64,000 nt of DNA from Mantamonas sphyraenae STR306 (taxonomy: Eukaryota > Protista > CRuMs), in NCBI GenBank assembly GCA_026936335.1, contig JAPMXV010000030.1, positions 428,933 to 492,932 on the forward strand, in the 5' to 3' direction. The notes under the pieces were generated by a model. The model saw only the letters and a list, made by a program, of their open reading frames with translations, was not told the DNA's origin and searched no databases. Each line of letters starts with the position of its first letter. Positions within the stretch are counted from its first letter, which is position 1. A program made the translations under genes and the position numbers. Positions 10,584 through 23,149 of the stretch are shown here, piece by piece.

Positions 10584-12999
10584 ATGTCCTGGAACCAGTA
10601 CGGCGGGACAGGAAACGGTGGCACAGGAGGAAATGGGTACCAGCCTGCGTACACGCCCGTGTATGGCAGCCAGCAGAGCAGCCAGGGTGGCGGAGGCGGA
10701 GGGGGCAGTGGATTCCAGGGCAGCAGTGGGGTCCAGGAATACCCAGATTCGCTGCGGCAATTCCTCTCGCGAGTGTTTATGCATTATCGAAACGCAGAGC
10801 ATCGTTCGCAGGTGAGTTGGGGACGGCAAGGAAGGGGCTGTGGAGGCCAGGAGACGGGGGGGCAGTGGGGGGGCAGAGGGAGCTCACGCGCAATTGGCAC
10901 ACACACAGATCAACGAGATGCTCAAGGCACGTATCAAGGCAATGAAAGAGGCCGGGCAGCTGTGGTCATACGATTGGGACAATGAACCCATCCCCGAGCT
11001 GCAACAGGGTGAGTACCAGGGCCTGGCGGGCAACAAGCGGAAACTGCAAGGTAGGTGTCAGGGAGCAAAACGGGCGCGAGGAACAGCCACAGAGCACGCA
11101 GAACTGACTCTTGAGACGTGGGTGGGTATACGGTGTGTATATGCACACGATGGGCGTGCGTGCGGATGGGCAAACGGACTCGGTGGCTCAGTAGGGCCGG
11201 TGGGAGCGACGAATGGGGCGGACCCGTGGGCCAAGAAGCAACGCGTCTCACTCAGCGCTGCAGAAGAAGTGGCGCAGGCGCAGCAGGCACAGCAAGCGTA
11301 CCAAGCGCAGCAACAGCAGTTGTACCAGCAACAATGGCAGCAGGCGTACCAGGCGCAGGCGTACTACGCGCAGGCACAGCAGGCATATGCCAACGGCGGC
11401 AACTCTGGAATGGCCTACTCTGCGTCGCCATACTATCCACAGCAAGTGCAGCAGCAACAGGTGCCGCAATATGTCCAGCACGGCTCGGTGCAATTCCAAC
11501 AGAGCAGCAGCCCGTATTCTTCCTTTGTGCCTTCCACCAACACCAACACCAACACCAACACCAGCACCAGCACGTTTTCCTCAGCCCCTTCCATTCAAAA
11601 CAGCACATTTGCATCATCGACGTCGTCGTCGTCGTCCACGGGCATGGCTCTGCAGGAGATTGCAGGCGGCTCGGAGACGTCGTCCCCGTTCAAGCCACGC
11701 AAGTGGAAGGACAACAGCAAAGACCCAAACTTTCGTGGCCTAATCCGAGGCTACGGTCTGCCCATGCGTGACAACACGCCGGAATGTCCATACTTTCTGG
11801 AGCACGGGCGAAAGTGTCCAGATGGCAAGCAATGTGGGTACAACCACACAGATCCAAAGGCCAAGGGCAACAAGACGCCCAAGACAAAGGGCAAGAAGCA
11901 GAAGGAGGCCACAAAGGAGTGTAAGTACTATCAAAAGGGCAAGTGCACGCGCAAGACATGTCCATTTCTGCACGACGGGGTGCCGAACGACGGGAGCGAC
12001 GCAGGCGGCAGGGGCACGGCAGCAAACAACATCAAACTTGGCGGTTCCAAGAGCATTCTGATGGACGCCGAGAGCAAGGACGCACGCATGGAACGATTCA
12101 AGGACATGCTGACCAAGGACAAGAACAGCAAGAGCAAAAAGAACAAGCGGGGCAACAACAACAACCCATGGGGAAGCTTCACGTCATCGCCACCCAGGGA
12201 CGAGTTTATGGACGAGGCAGATTGGGACAAGATGGTGATTACGGGCAGGTGCACAAAGCTGGAGAAGCCGTATCTGCGGCTGACAAGCGCGCCGGACCCT
12301 GCTGATGTGCGTCCCCTGCGCATCCTGCAACGGTCGCTAGAGATGGTAAGGCGGACATACAGCCGGGACCAGAACTACGGGTATGCATGCGAGCAGCTCA
12401 AGTCGATTCGGCAGGACATGACGGTGCAGCACATCCAGGAGGCGTTTACAGTGCAGGTGTACGAGTACCACGCACGGGTGGCACTGGAGAACGGGGATCT
12501 GGGCAACTTTAACCAGTGCCAAACGCAGCTGGTGACTCTGTACAAGGATCTGGAGGACCACGGGGGTCATCCAGACGAGTTCCTGGGCTACCGGATCCTG
12601 TACTATCAGCACCTGAACCAGGAACAGGACCTGTCGCATATCCTGGCACACACACCGCGCAAGATGCTGCGCAAGAAGGCGGCCAAGCATGCGTGGGATG
12701 TTGTCCGTGCGATGCAAATCAGCAACCACGTTGCGTTCTGGCGCCTTTACGACAACTGCCCCAACATGGGCCGCTTCCTGATGGACGCCATGAGCGATCG
12801 TGTGCGATTGCAGTGCATGCGGTCCATCACGCGAGCGTACCGCCCCTTGGTGCCGCTGGAGTGGGTACAGACGCAGCTGCACTTTGACGACTGGAACCAA
12901 ATGATGGAGTATTTTGACGACAAGGAGCAGCGCCTGGTGCTGGCTGGCGACGAGCGAGACCAGCTGGACTGCAAGCAGAGCATGAGCTCGTTCTTGTGA
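10584..12999 (+). CDS. SAC3/GANP-domain protein (LENG8/THP3-like) with two CCCH zinc fingers
   Basis: Exons 10584-10811, 10909-11050, 11195-12999. 'LEKPYLRLTSAPDPADVRP', 'CEQLKSIRQDMTVQHI', 'VYEYHARVALENGDLGNFNQCQTQL'. Confidence 0.92.
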
Positions 13000-13067
13000 G
13001 GTGTGAGAAGGGGTTTGGCGTGCAGCGGCGCAAGTGAAAGCAAAAACCGACTTTCCACTCATTGTTG

Positions 13068-16000
13068 ATGGCACCAGCGACACCGTTGCGTAAGCAAGTG
13101 CAAAAGAGCTTCCTGACGTTCTTGAGCACCAAGTGGGGCACGGGTTTGTGCTTCTTCAGCGTGGTCATTACGCTGAACACGGTGTTCCACACGAGCAATC
13201 TGTGGGCTGGAGAGGCGAATGGCCTCCTGCAGCATGGGTCGCCTGCAATGGTGCAGGACTTTGCCAACAACATTGTGGGCAAGTCGATGCACGAGCACCT
13301 GGCGTTTCCGCCGGTGGACATTGTGTACACGTGGGTAAACGGCAGCGATCCACGGCAAAAGCTGCTGCTGGCCAAGACGAAGCACGAGTACGAGACAGGC
13401 GTGAAGCAGAGCGACATTACGTTTTGCGAAAAGAACAAAGACAAGTGCAAGTCGGACGCAGACGACTCGAGCCGCTTCCACGGTGAGTGCCATGAGGCGA
13501 GGGAGAAGGGCGGAAAAGTGACGTCAGAAATGCGCTGGCGGGGTTTCGCAGCCTGCGCGTGACGGACGCTGACACGGGGAGGCATGCACACACCACACCA
13601 GACAACCACGAGCTGAAGTATTCGTTACGGTCTGTGGAGAAGTATGCACCGTGGATCAGGCATATCTACCTGGTGACGAACGGACAAGTGCCACACTGGC
13701 TGGACCTTACCAATCCAAAGCTGACGGTGGTGCCTCACCACGCGATATTCACAAACCGGTCGCACCTGCCTTCGTTCAGCTCGCCGGCCATCGAGTCGCA
13801 TCTGCACCGGATCCCGGGCATCTCGGACATGTTTCTGTACATGAACGACGACGTGATGTTTGGACGGCCGGTGTGGCCGGACGACTTTTTCACGCCGTCG
13901 CGTGGGCAAAAGGTGTTTCTGTCGTGGCCTGTGCCCAAGTGTGCCAAGGGCTGCTCCGATAGCTGGTTGGGCGACGGCTACTGCGATCGAGCATGCAACG
14001 TGTCGTCGTGCGGGTGGGACGGAGGCGACTGCAAGAACGCAAGCTCGCCCACACGCTACTCACGCTGGTGGGGCTCCAGCTCGGCAGGCTCTGCATACTC
14101 TCGCTACCGACGCGGACGACCCAACTATTGTGCACCGGGGTGTCCGACGACGTGGATTGGAGACAGGGCGTGCGATCGGCCTTGCAAGGTGGCGTCGTGT
14201 GGCTACGACGCAGGCGATTGTGGCACGGAACTGGTGTACACCAACTTGTTTGGCATCAACGTGACCAGCAGCACCACACACGTGTCGGTGCCGGAAAACA
14301 CGCTGGCGATGTACGTGGGCTTGCAGGATCTGTTTCCCTCTGGCTCACGCATCACGGAAGGCACACACAACAACGAGGACAGCGTACGGTCGGCCACCAT
14401 CTCACAGCGACACAAGCTCATGACACTCACGCTGCTGGACAACATCACGTCGACCGAGGTGACGATTTCGGTGAAGGGCAAGAACGGCGAGCAAGACATT
14501 GCCCTGGAGTTCAACATGACCCTGGTGGCGACGAATCAGACCTGGCTCAAGGAATACCAGGAAGAGAAGCGCAGGAGCAGGTTTGATCGCAGGCGCTCGT
14601 CCTACTCGTCCACGTACTCGTCGTGGGCAAACAGCAGATCGCAAACCAACTCGGGATCGGCAGCATCGAACACGAGGTCGTCGGCACGGTCAAGCAGCAC
14701 GTCGGGAAGTGCTGCAACCACAGGGGCGGCGGCGGCAGAGGAGACGCCGTTCCAGCGATTCAAGCGTCAGCGGGACCAGCAGCGACGGGAACAGGCGAGT
14801 CAGACGGCATCCACCGAGACTACACCCACCGAGACACCTGGACTGAGGCCTGGGGGGAGTGAAAGCAGCACGAATGAGGTTCTTTCGGACGAGGAGCTGC
14901 GTGAGCTGGGTGCGTTTGACACGGAAGCGACGCCGAGCGGAAGGGGAGGGCGAGCACGCAGCCGTACGCGCACACGCACACGCACACGCACAAAGAATCG
15001 AGTGCGACGCAGGGGGCGTGGTGGAGGTGGCCATCGGGCCGACTTTTTCTCTGAGCTGAACAATGGGCAGGGAGAACGAGGAAGGCAGCAGGCGCAGCAG
15101 GTGCAGCAGCAGCAACAAAATGGAGCGGCGACACAGGGACAGGGGCAGGAAGAGGAGGATCCGTTCCATGGGGACGAACTGCGTACGACGAGGCAGGGAA
15201 GGAGGCGAAAGAGCAAGGGCAAACGCAGCAAGACGACAACCAAGGTGGAGCGCAAGGCAGCACGGGAACACCGTGTGGAGGAGGATGCACGTGCAGAACG
15301 CCATCTGTGGACGGAAAAACCCAGGGGCAAGCGCAAGGAGCGTGCACAGGCAGCCACACAGGCAACCAAACAGGAACGCAAACGGGAACGCAAACGGGCA
15401 CAGAGGAAGGGACGCACACGAGAGAGCGTGGTGGACGATTTGGCAAATGAGATGCGAGCAATGGCTGAGCAGCGCAAGGGGAAGCGAAGAGGTGCAGGCG
15501 CAGGTGCTGCGGCGACGGATGGAGACGCAGCATTGACGGCACAGGGAGACCCGCCCCTGGATGCGCATGGAGAAGAGGAGCGACGAGGACGCAGCAGGGG
15601 TGGAGGGAGCAAGAATCGCACACGCAAACGCAAGCGCAGCCGTAAACGCAAGCGCAGCAATCGCAAGCGACGAGGAGGACGTGGGACAAAGAACAGCAGC
15701 AGGGACGCGCAGGAAACACAGCAACAGCAGCAACAACATGATGCACGGAACAATGGGAGGAGGAGAAGGCCTTCGGACGAGCAGGCAAGCGAGGAGAGTG
15801 GGGATGATGAAGATGGAAAACCGTTCTTTGTGCAACAGGCCGGAAGCACACGACGTGGAGGCAGCAACCGCAACAGGCGTGTGGAGATGGATGAGGCCAC
15901 GCGGCGCAAGCTGACGCCGAGCAGCGATGAGGCAGTGCAGCAGAGCCACGATGTGGACTTTGATGCAAACGAAGAGCAAAGCTCGGAGGACGAAGGTGCC

Positions 16001-17626
16001 AGCAGCGACGCAGACGACAACGGATTTGCTTCCAGTGGAGGAGGTTTTCTGAGTGGAGGCGAGGGCCAGAGCGATGACGAAGGGGCAGGTGGCGACGCAG
16101 AGGGGGATCTGCCGTCTCTGCTGCGGGATTTGGTGGGCAGGCGGCTGCTGGGCGTGGAAGAGGCCAATGTGGACATTGTACAGGACGACGAGCCGCTGTT
16201 TGTGTCGTTGGTGGGCACAGAGGGAGGCAGTATGGAGGAGGAGGAGGAGGAGGAAGGAGAGTCGATGGGGGGACGCAATTTGCTGAGTGCGTCAAACGAG
16301 GAGGAGAAGAGGCGAGAAAAGGTGGAAGTGGAAGTGATGGTGGGCAACGAGGCACGTGTGATGGCGATGGACGCAGAAGAAGAGGCTGGGTGGCGCATGA
16401 TGCAGAATCGTAAGCGGAAGGAGCTGCAGATGTACGAGGAGCAGATGGCGGCGGCACACCTGGAGCAGGCGCCTGTGGGCGGGTACGAACCAGTGACACA
16501 GACAAAGGTGTCACGGGACGAGCCTGTGCGTGTGTCTGCAGACATGCGTGTGGTGCACAGCAACATCGACGACGCAGACATGGACCGGATCATGGAGGCA
16601 CTGCGGCTGACACACAACGTGGAGGCCAAGAGTGCACAGGACATCGGAGACGTGGACTTTGCGAGGCGGTACCGATACAGCGCTGGGAGCGGGAGTGGCC
16701 TGACGGGCAGGCGGCTGCTGGATACGTTTGGGGACTCGCTGAAGCACGTGAACAGGCTGCTCACGCGGGACTTTGGCAGTGCGGCACGCAAAGTGCCAGC
16801 ACACATGCCACACATGATCAACAAGCCCATCATGGAGCGGCTGCAGGAAAAGTACGCGGAGGAGTTTGAGCTGACGTCGTCGCACAAGTTCCGTGCGAGC
16901 AACGACATGCAGTACGCCTTTTCATACTTTTACTACATGATGAACGAGCGGGACAACATCACGCTGGCAAGTTTGTACAAGGAGCGGCTGGATGCAAACG
17001 GCGACGGGGTGCTGAACGACAACGAGGTGCGCACGCTGCTGGCAACGCTGAACCCTCGGTTCAAACCCAAGGACCTGCGCGAGTTTAAGCAGAAACTGAA
17101 CGGGACGTCGCTGGAGGCGCTGATGGCCAACCGGGAGCTGGATCTGGAGCGCAAGGTGCAGGAGAAGTACTCGACAAAGAGACGGCACAAGTTTGAGCTG
17201 GACGGGACGGACGAGGTGGCATTCCTGATGGTGGGCAACAACGACACGACGTTTGCCAAGCAGCTGGATGGTATCCGGGAGCACAGGCACCAGTTTATCT
17301 GTCTGAACGACAACATGAACTACAGCCATCCTGCAAACGGCAAGGTGCGCAAGGTGCTGCACAACTTTTACAACTCGCTGTTCCCTCTGCCGTCGCAGTT
17401 TGAACTGGCGTCGCATCGGCAGAACGAGTTTCTGTATCTGGACGAGCTGAGCATGGTGCGAGATGCACGGTACCGGTACTACCTGGCGTTCTACGGAATC
17501 GTGTTTATCTTTGCCGTGTTTGTGATGGTGCTGCAGTACGTAACGCAAGACATGAGTCTGGTGAGTCTGGATTGGTTGGTGCGAAAGGAAAGGGTGACGA
17601 GTGCGGGGAAACTGGTGGATGTGTGA
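13068..17626 (+). CDS. GNPTAB: N-acetylglucosamine-1-phosphotransferase alpha/beta precursor (Stealth family)
   Basis: Intron 13483-13601. Stealth CR1 'VDIVYTWVNGSDP', CR2 'ELKYSLRSVEKYAPW..FSSPAIE..YMNDDVMFG', two LNR/Notch repeats, CR3 'RKVPAHMPHMI', EF-hand, CR4 'FICLNDN..FPLPSQFEL'; N- and C-terminal TM segments. Confidence 0.95.
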
Positions 17627-17672
17627 GTCTGGTGAGTCTGGATTGGTTGGTGCGCAAGGAAAGGGTAGTGCG
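17553..17672 (+). repeat. ~45-bp direct repeat (period 71) at the GNPTAB 3' end
   Basis: tgagtctggtgagtctggattggttggtgcg(a/c)aaggaaagggt at 17553 and 17624. Confidence 0.9.
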
Positions 17673-17675
17673 TGG

Positions 17676-18893
17676 TCAATTGAAATTGTACTCTTCGCCA
17701 GCGTATGCCTCCTCTTCTCCGTCGTCTTGGACAGCCTGGGCATACTCGTCATCGTAATCCGACTCGGCATACATGGCCTTGTCCTCGCGAAGCTGGCGAA
17801 TCTTGTCGAGCTGTTCGGCGAGGACGTCCTCGGGCTGGGCTAGCTCGAGGGTGGGTAGGGTGGCACGTGGATTCTCCTCCTCGCCGACCACAGTACCGTC
17901 TTCAAGCATGTCCATGTCCAACTCGTAGTAGATGCCACAGCGGGCGGTGTCTTCGTGCCATTCGCCGTCGTAGCGGCGCTTCTTGCTGACATACAGGTGT
18001 GAGCCATTGCCCTCCTTCATGTCGTTGAGCCAGGTGCCGATGTAGCGGTCGCCGTTGGCGTAGATGTACGTGCCCTGGCCACAGCGCTGGTCGTCCAGCC
18101 ATTCGCCCTCGTACTTGTCGCCGTTGGCAAACTTGAGGATTCCCCAGCCGTTGCGGAAGTTGTCTGCCCACTCTCCTTCGTAGACATTGCCATTTTGGAA
18201 GTAAAACGTGCCCCAGCCCTGTGTGTGGAAAGGAGGAGTGACGCCGGCGGGGGGAAAGGGGGAAAGGGGGGAGAAGGTCGACGGGGCGTGTGAGCAACGG
18301 CTACGGAGCAGTGTTTGGGTCCGTGACACGGGTCCCAGGAGGACGCAGAGACATGGATGTGTGGAGGATGGGCAAGGTGTGCACATGGACGATGTGTGGG
18401 TGCAGAGAAGGGCCTCACTTACATGCTTCATGTCGTGTTTCCAGGAGCCGGCGTACACCTTGCGGAGTTGACCGTCCTTGAGCCAAAGGGTGCCCTCTCC
18501 GTGGCGCATATCCTCGTGCCAGAAGCCTTCATACTTGTCGCCATTGGCCCAAACAAAGACACCCTTGCCCTGTTTGAGGTCTGCGTCCCATTCACCCGTG
18601 TAGCGGTCGCCGTTTGTTGAGTAAACGGTGCTTCGCTTGCCACTGCGTTTGCTCTTGTGTTCACGCTCCTTCCACAACTGTGTGCTGTTCTTTGTGCCTG
18701 TGCCACCACGCTTGCCTGCGGTGGTGCTGCGTCCACTGCGGAAGCTGGAGCGCGAGGCGGTTCGTCCGCCCGGGAACAGCCGTTCGTCGTTCAGGTCAAA
18801 GAGACCAGAGGCTGCAGAGGTGCCCCCCTTGCTCTGTTGGTATTGAAGCAGTTGGTCGTCCAGGAACTGCGCGACCGGGTCTCCACTGGACAT
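17676..18893 (-). CDS. MORN3: MORN repeat protein 3 (flagellar)
   Basis: Intron 18219-18422. Multiple 'NGDxYxGxW' repeats, N-terminal 'LWKE.EHKSKRSG.RSTVY', C-terminal 'ARCG...LPTLELAQPEDVL'. Confidence 0.85.
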   Translation of the reverse strand: MSSGDPVAQFLDDQLLQYQQSKGGTSAASGLFDLNDERLFPGGRTASRSSFRSGRSTTAGKRGGTGTKNSTQLWKEREHKSKRSGKRSTVYSTNGDRYTGEWDADLKQGKGVFVWANGDKYEGFWHEDMRHGEGTLWLKDGQLRKVYAGSWKHDMKHVSEALLCTHTSSMCTPCPSSTHPCLCVLLGPVSRTQTLLRSRCSHAPSTFSPLSPFPPAGVTPPFHTQGWGTFYFQNGNVYEGEWADNFRNGWGILKFANGDKYEGEWLDDQRCGQGTYIYANGDRYIGTWLNDMKEGNGSHLYVSKKRRYDGEWHEDTARCGIYYELDMDMLEDGTVVGEEENPRATLPTLELAQPEDVLAEQLDKIRQLREDKAMYAESDYDDEYAQAVQDDGEEEAYAGEEYNFN

Positions 18894-18935
18894 GAGGGAA
18901 TTTGGTGGTCTGATGTTTTGCGCCTGCCTGGGCAA

Positions 18936-20634
18936 ATGACACAACGGGTGGCAGTGGTCGCGCTGCTGGCAGCGGCACTGGTGTGTGCAGGGTGTGTGGA
19001 GGCCAGTCTGAGTCCACAGGAGCTGGTGAACGAGGTGCAGGAACGGCTGGCGGCGGCGGAGGAGCGCGTGGCAGAGTTGCGAAGCGCGAGCGGCTTTGCT
19101 GGACGCGGTCTCTTGGCGGCCACAGCGTCGGCATGCGGCGCAAGCAAAGCGTGCAGTGTGGATGGGGATTGTGTACTGGGCAAGTGCTATTCGGGCACAT
19201 GCATGGGTGGGTTTGCGCGAGGGTGTAGAGCGTGCTTGGGGCGGCGGCGTGGCGAAACGGTTTCCTCGGGGAAAGCGGCTGACACAAGGGGAAACAACCG
19301 CCTCCCACCGCACGTCGTGTATGTGTGCGGGTGCGTGTGGGGTGCTATGGATGGGATGACCACGCACGCGTACAGAGAGAGACCCTGTGCTGCCGTACGG
19401 GGCGTCATGTTCAGACACACAGCCGCAGTATGTAGTCGAAGAGCGGGCGTTTGGGGGAATCAATTGGCTTTGGAGTTGCTGACACAAAACACGGGATGGA
19501 CGACACACACACACACACGCGCACGCACAACAACGTGGTTCTAATGCACCCACCCACCCACTCGTGTGTGTTCACAGGTCGTGCTACGAGGGGACGTGCG
19601 CAGCAGGGCAGTGTGCGAATGAGCTGGACCGCAAGTGCTTCTGTTCGTCGGATGCAGAGTGCAAGGGCAAGTGCATTGAAAACCGATGCGACTTTTTCCG
19701 GTTTGCAGGCGATTCGTGCACAAAGGATGCACACTGCACGAGTCTGAAGTGTTCGAGCGGCATTTGCGCCGGGGCGGGCGAAGGGGAGACATGTACGCTG
19801 ACGCGAGGGGACTCGTGCCAGCCTGGGCTGCGATGCAACGGAGGCACAAGCAAATGTGAGGTGGCAGCAAAGATTGGGGAGCGTTGCACGTCGTCGACGC
19901 TGTGCGACACTTTCGCAAGCTGCACACGCAGTGTGGGAGGCACGTGCCAAACAGACTTTACCGGGGCCAAGGACAGCGTGTGCAACTCGGATCGCAACTG
20001 CCAAAAGGGCTTGCAGTGTTCGGGAGGCCGGTGTGTGGACCCGCATCCGGGCCAGGAGTGTACAAATTTGAAAGGGTGCCCCGAGTTTTCTGCGTGTGCG
20101 TGCAGGCGGCCTGCACTGAGCACAGAGAGCGTTTGCAAGCTCCAATCGCCGTTGCTGAACAGCACGTTTGCCAAGGTGGACTGCACGTACGACATTGGTG
20201 CTGTGTACGGGTGCATCAACTCGAAGCGCTGCAAGAGCCTGTCGCCCGAGTCGACCCATCTGGACAAGACTCGCTGTGACGCAGGGTGCACCCAACCCAT
20301 TGTGGACTATTACTGCTGTGCGATCGACGGGGCGGTGGCACTGATGGAAAGCAACAAGGCAGCGTTTCTGGAACGACACACACAGAAGCAGTATGACAAC
20401 GTGGTGCACAACATCCGCAACAACATGCTGCCTGTCAACTGTGGCGTGCGGCAGCTGTGTTCGCGTGTGCTGCCGTGCTGCACAAAGACGTCGCCGTGTG
20501 TGGATTTGTTGAACGAGGCGCCAGCGACGATCTACGAGTGTCCGCTCGTCGCCGGTGCGTGGCGTGTGCAGTCGGCCACACAGGCGCTGGCAGTGTTGGC
20601 GGTGGTTGTGGCGTGGGTGAGTGTGTGGGTGTGA
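18936..20634 (+). CDS. Secreted/surface cysteine-rich repeat protein (Dickkopf/EB-like modules) with a hydrophobic C-terminus (TM or GPI)
   Basis: Signal peptide 'MTQRVAVVALLAAALV'; exons ~18936-19206, 19376-19427, 19579-20634; repeated 'CxxDxxCxxxxCxxGxC'. Confidence 0.75.
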
Positions 20635-20688
20635 GAGGAATGTACTGTGGATGGAAAACCAGCGCGCACCGTGAACCAAGCCGAGAGA

Positions 20689-22463
20689 ATGTCGAGGAAG
20701 CGCAGTCGAGACACGGGAGACGAGGCGGAAGAGGTGCACGTGGATGCTGAGGAAGAGGAGGAAGAGGAGGAAGAGAGCGAGGGTGTGCATGACGGCAAAC
20801 GGCAACGAAGTGAAGAGGGAGACGAGGTGCACATCGACTATCCATTGCAGATGGAGAGGAGGCAGATGGTGAATCTGCGGTGCATGCCGCTGCCCAACAT
20901 GTGAGTTGCGTGTGAATGGTAGTCGCGAGGGTGAGCGTGCAGGGGCTGACGTGAGCGGAACGAGAACAGTCCAAACAACACCGTGGACACGCAGATGATT
21001 CGGATCAATGGACACCGTAAGTTGACGAGAGTGGAGGAGGGGTAGACGAGGGGACGTGTGTGCGGTCGGTGGCATAAACAGAAGGGCGTCAAGAGGAGGA
21101 GGAAGAGGGGAATTTACTAGCCAGCCACATCCGGGGTGTCAGAGAGGAAGGTGGACGTGGGGGAAAGATGGACGCGCTGACACTGGTTGGGGAAACAAAC
21201 GATGCGGTTGGAAAACAGGACGGTACGTGTACAACCCGGTGTCAAACTACCTGCCTGCACTGGAGCCGTTCTGTGGCAAGAAGATCCTGAAAGTGTTTGT
21301 GCCGGCAGTTTACATCACAAGCACGCACCCACACGTGCTGCGCAGGCAGCTGTACGGCCACGACTACTACACGCACGACTCGGACTTGGTGGCCAGTAAG
21401 TGGGGCATGTGGGGAGAAGGCGTGGGGACGGACGATGCGAGGAGGAGGGGAGGCTGGTTGTGTCGACGGCGGGAAAAGACGGGTTCGGGCAAGGCACCCT
21501 GACACGGAGCGCACACGACACTGCAGTTTTGTTCCATCAGGGCTACGTGGAGCCAAGCACCAACCCGCCGCCTGGTCTGGCAGGCGTGAGCGTGGGTCTG
21601 CGCGTGTCTCCGGGTCTGGAGTTCTATCCGAGCGTGCTCTCGCACGGATTGCGTTCGCGCGCATGGCAAACGACGTTCCACGGCTACACCATCATTGTGG
21701 AGAAGCTGACGCTGGAGGAGGAGATCGACCGGGATCTGAAACTGCCGCGCAAGGCATGGCGCAGGAATAAGAGCAAATATGCGGTAGGTGCCAAGGGGGA
21801 GAAAAGCAGGGTGGGATGGATGGATTTTTTTCGAGAGGAAACCGGACCGCAGGGTGGCCAACTGCCAACTGACACGGATGGGATGTTTTGCAACGAGTGC
21901 AGTTCACATCGATGGAAGTGAACCAGGCGAGTAAGCTGCCTGATTTTCCGTTCCGATTCAACCTGACGCAGGAGGCGTGTCCGAAGTACACGCTTGCGGC
22001 TGTGCTGGACCGCAGCGCAGACCCACAAAAGTGGACAAGCAGGCGGTTTGACAAGGAGGTGCTGTTTATGGAGACGAGCGATGGTCAGCGGCTGCAGCTG
22101 AGCAGGGAGTTTGACTCGCACGAGGAGTTTTGCACGTACCAGCTGGCCAAGGTGCTGCCTGGGGCAATGTACCCGCGGCAGGAGCTGCAAAGTGGCACTG
22201 TGTTGGTGCCTCTGAGCGAAGCAGACGACGAGCTGGAGGTGATGGAGTCTGGGGTGGATTGGGCAGAGCTGTGCTGGAACCCGGACGGGTTTTCGCTGCG
22301 CAAGGAGTGGTACTACCTCACGTGTGTGTTTTGGGTGGATGTGGTGGTGGAAACGAGCGAGGAGCAGCAGGGCGAGGATGAGCCATTGGTGAGTGATGAG
22401 GAGCAGGGGATTGAGCAAGACGGCGAGCTGGTGGGCAGCGAGGTGTTGGAAGCGGCAGCATGA
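20689..22463 (+). CDS. Rxt3-domain histone deacetylase complex protein, multi-exon
   Basis: 'LKVFVPAVYI...RRQLYGHDYYTHDSDLVA|VLFHQG...LRVSPGLEFYPSVLSHGLRSRAW'. Exon boundaries only approximate. Confidence 0.75.
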
Positions 22464-22543
22464 AGACCAAGATGAATGAATGAGATGACACATTGAGTGG
22501 TTGTGGTTGTGTGCATTGCATGCAGGGCTGTGCTATGCTGGTG

Positions 22544-23008
22544 TCACCGGCTTCCTCGCCAGTTGCGTACGGCGCGTGCGACGTAAGGAGTCACGCCGAT
22601 GGTGATGCCGATGCGAATGGGAAAGGTGAGTTTGGTGATGATGAGTGCCGCTGTAAAGGCGGCTGCTTTGCTGGTGATGAGGTTCTGGGTTTCCTCAGAG
22701 GTTTCCCAGGGCACGAGAGAGAGGACGGGGCTGAGGTCGACGCCGTGGCTGAGGAGGGTGTATGTAGTGCCGAGGACAGCGGCCCAGATGGTTTCGTGGA
22801 CAACAATGCCTGTGAGGCCGTACTTCTTCCCGAGGTCCTTGAGCATTTGCACAGAGGAGGGTTTGGCGGTGGGTTCGGTGGAGAAATTGCGGGGAACAAG
22901 AGCGGCGGCGTCGGCGGCATGTGCAGAGACAACGGAGGGTTGGACGACGTGGATGCGATGCACAATGGCAGCGCGCTGTGCAGTGCGACTGCCGATGGCA
23001 GCAAACAT
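22544..23008 (-). CDS. FAM210/DUF1279 family mitochondrial membrane protein
   Basis: Transit-peptide-like N-terminus; 'LKDLGKKYG..GIVVH...GVD...AAFTAALIITKLTFPIRIGITIGVTPYVAR'. Confidence 0.85.
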   Translation of the reverse strand: MFAAIGSRTAQRAAIVHRIHVVQPSVVSAHAADAAALVPRNFSTEPTAKPSSVQMLKDLGKKYGLTGIVVHETIWAAVLGTTYTLLSHGVDLSPVLSLVPWETSEETQNLITSKAAAFTAALIITKLTFPIRIGITIGVTPYVARAVRNWRGSR

Positions 23009-23149
23009 GGACGACAGATGTGTTTGACAATGGGGCGCGGGCGGAAGCAAGGCGACGGGAACAGGCGTGGGAAGGAGGGAACGGCGGGCACCGTGTAGGC
23101 ACGACATGGCAGTGGGAGATCTCGCTCTGCGTGCGGGTTGTTTCGGGTG

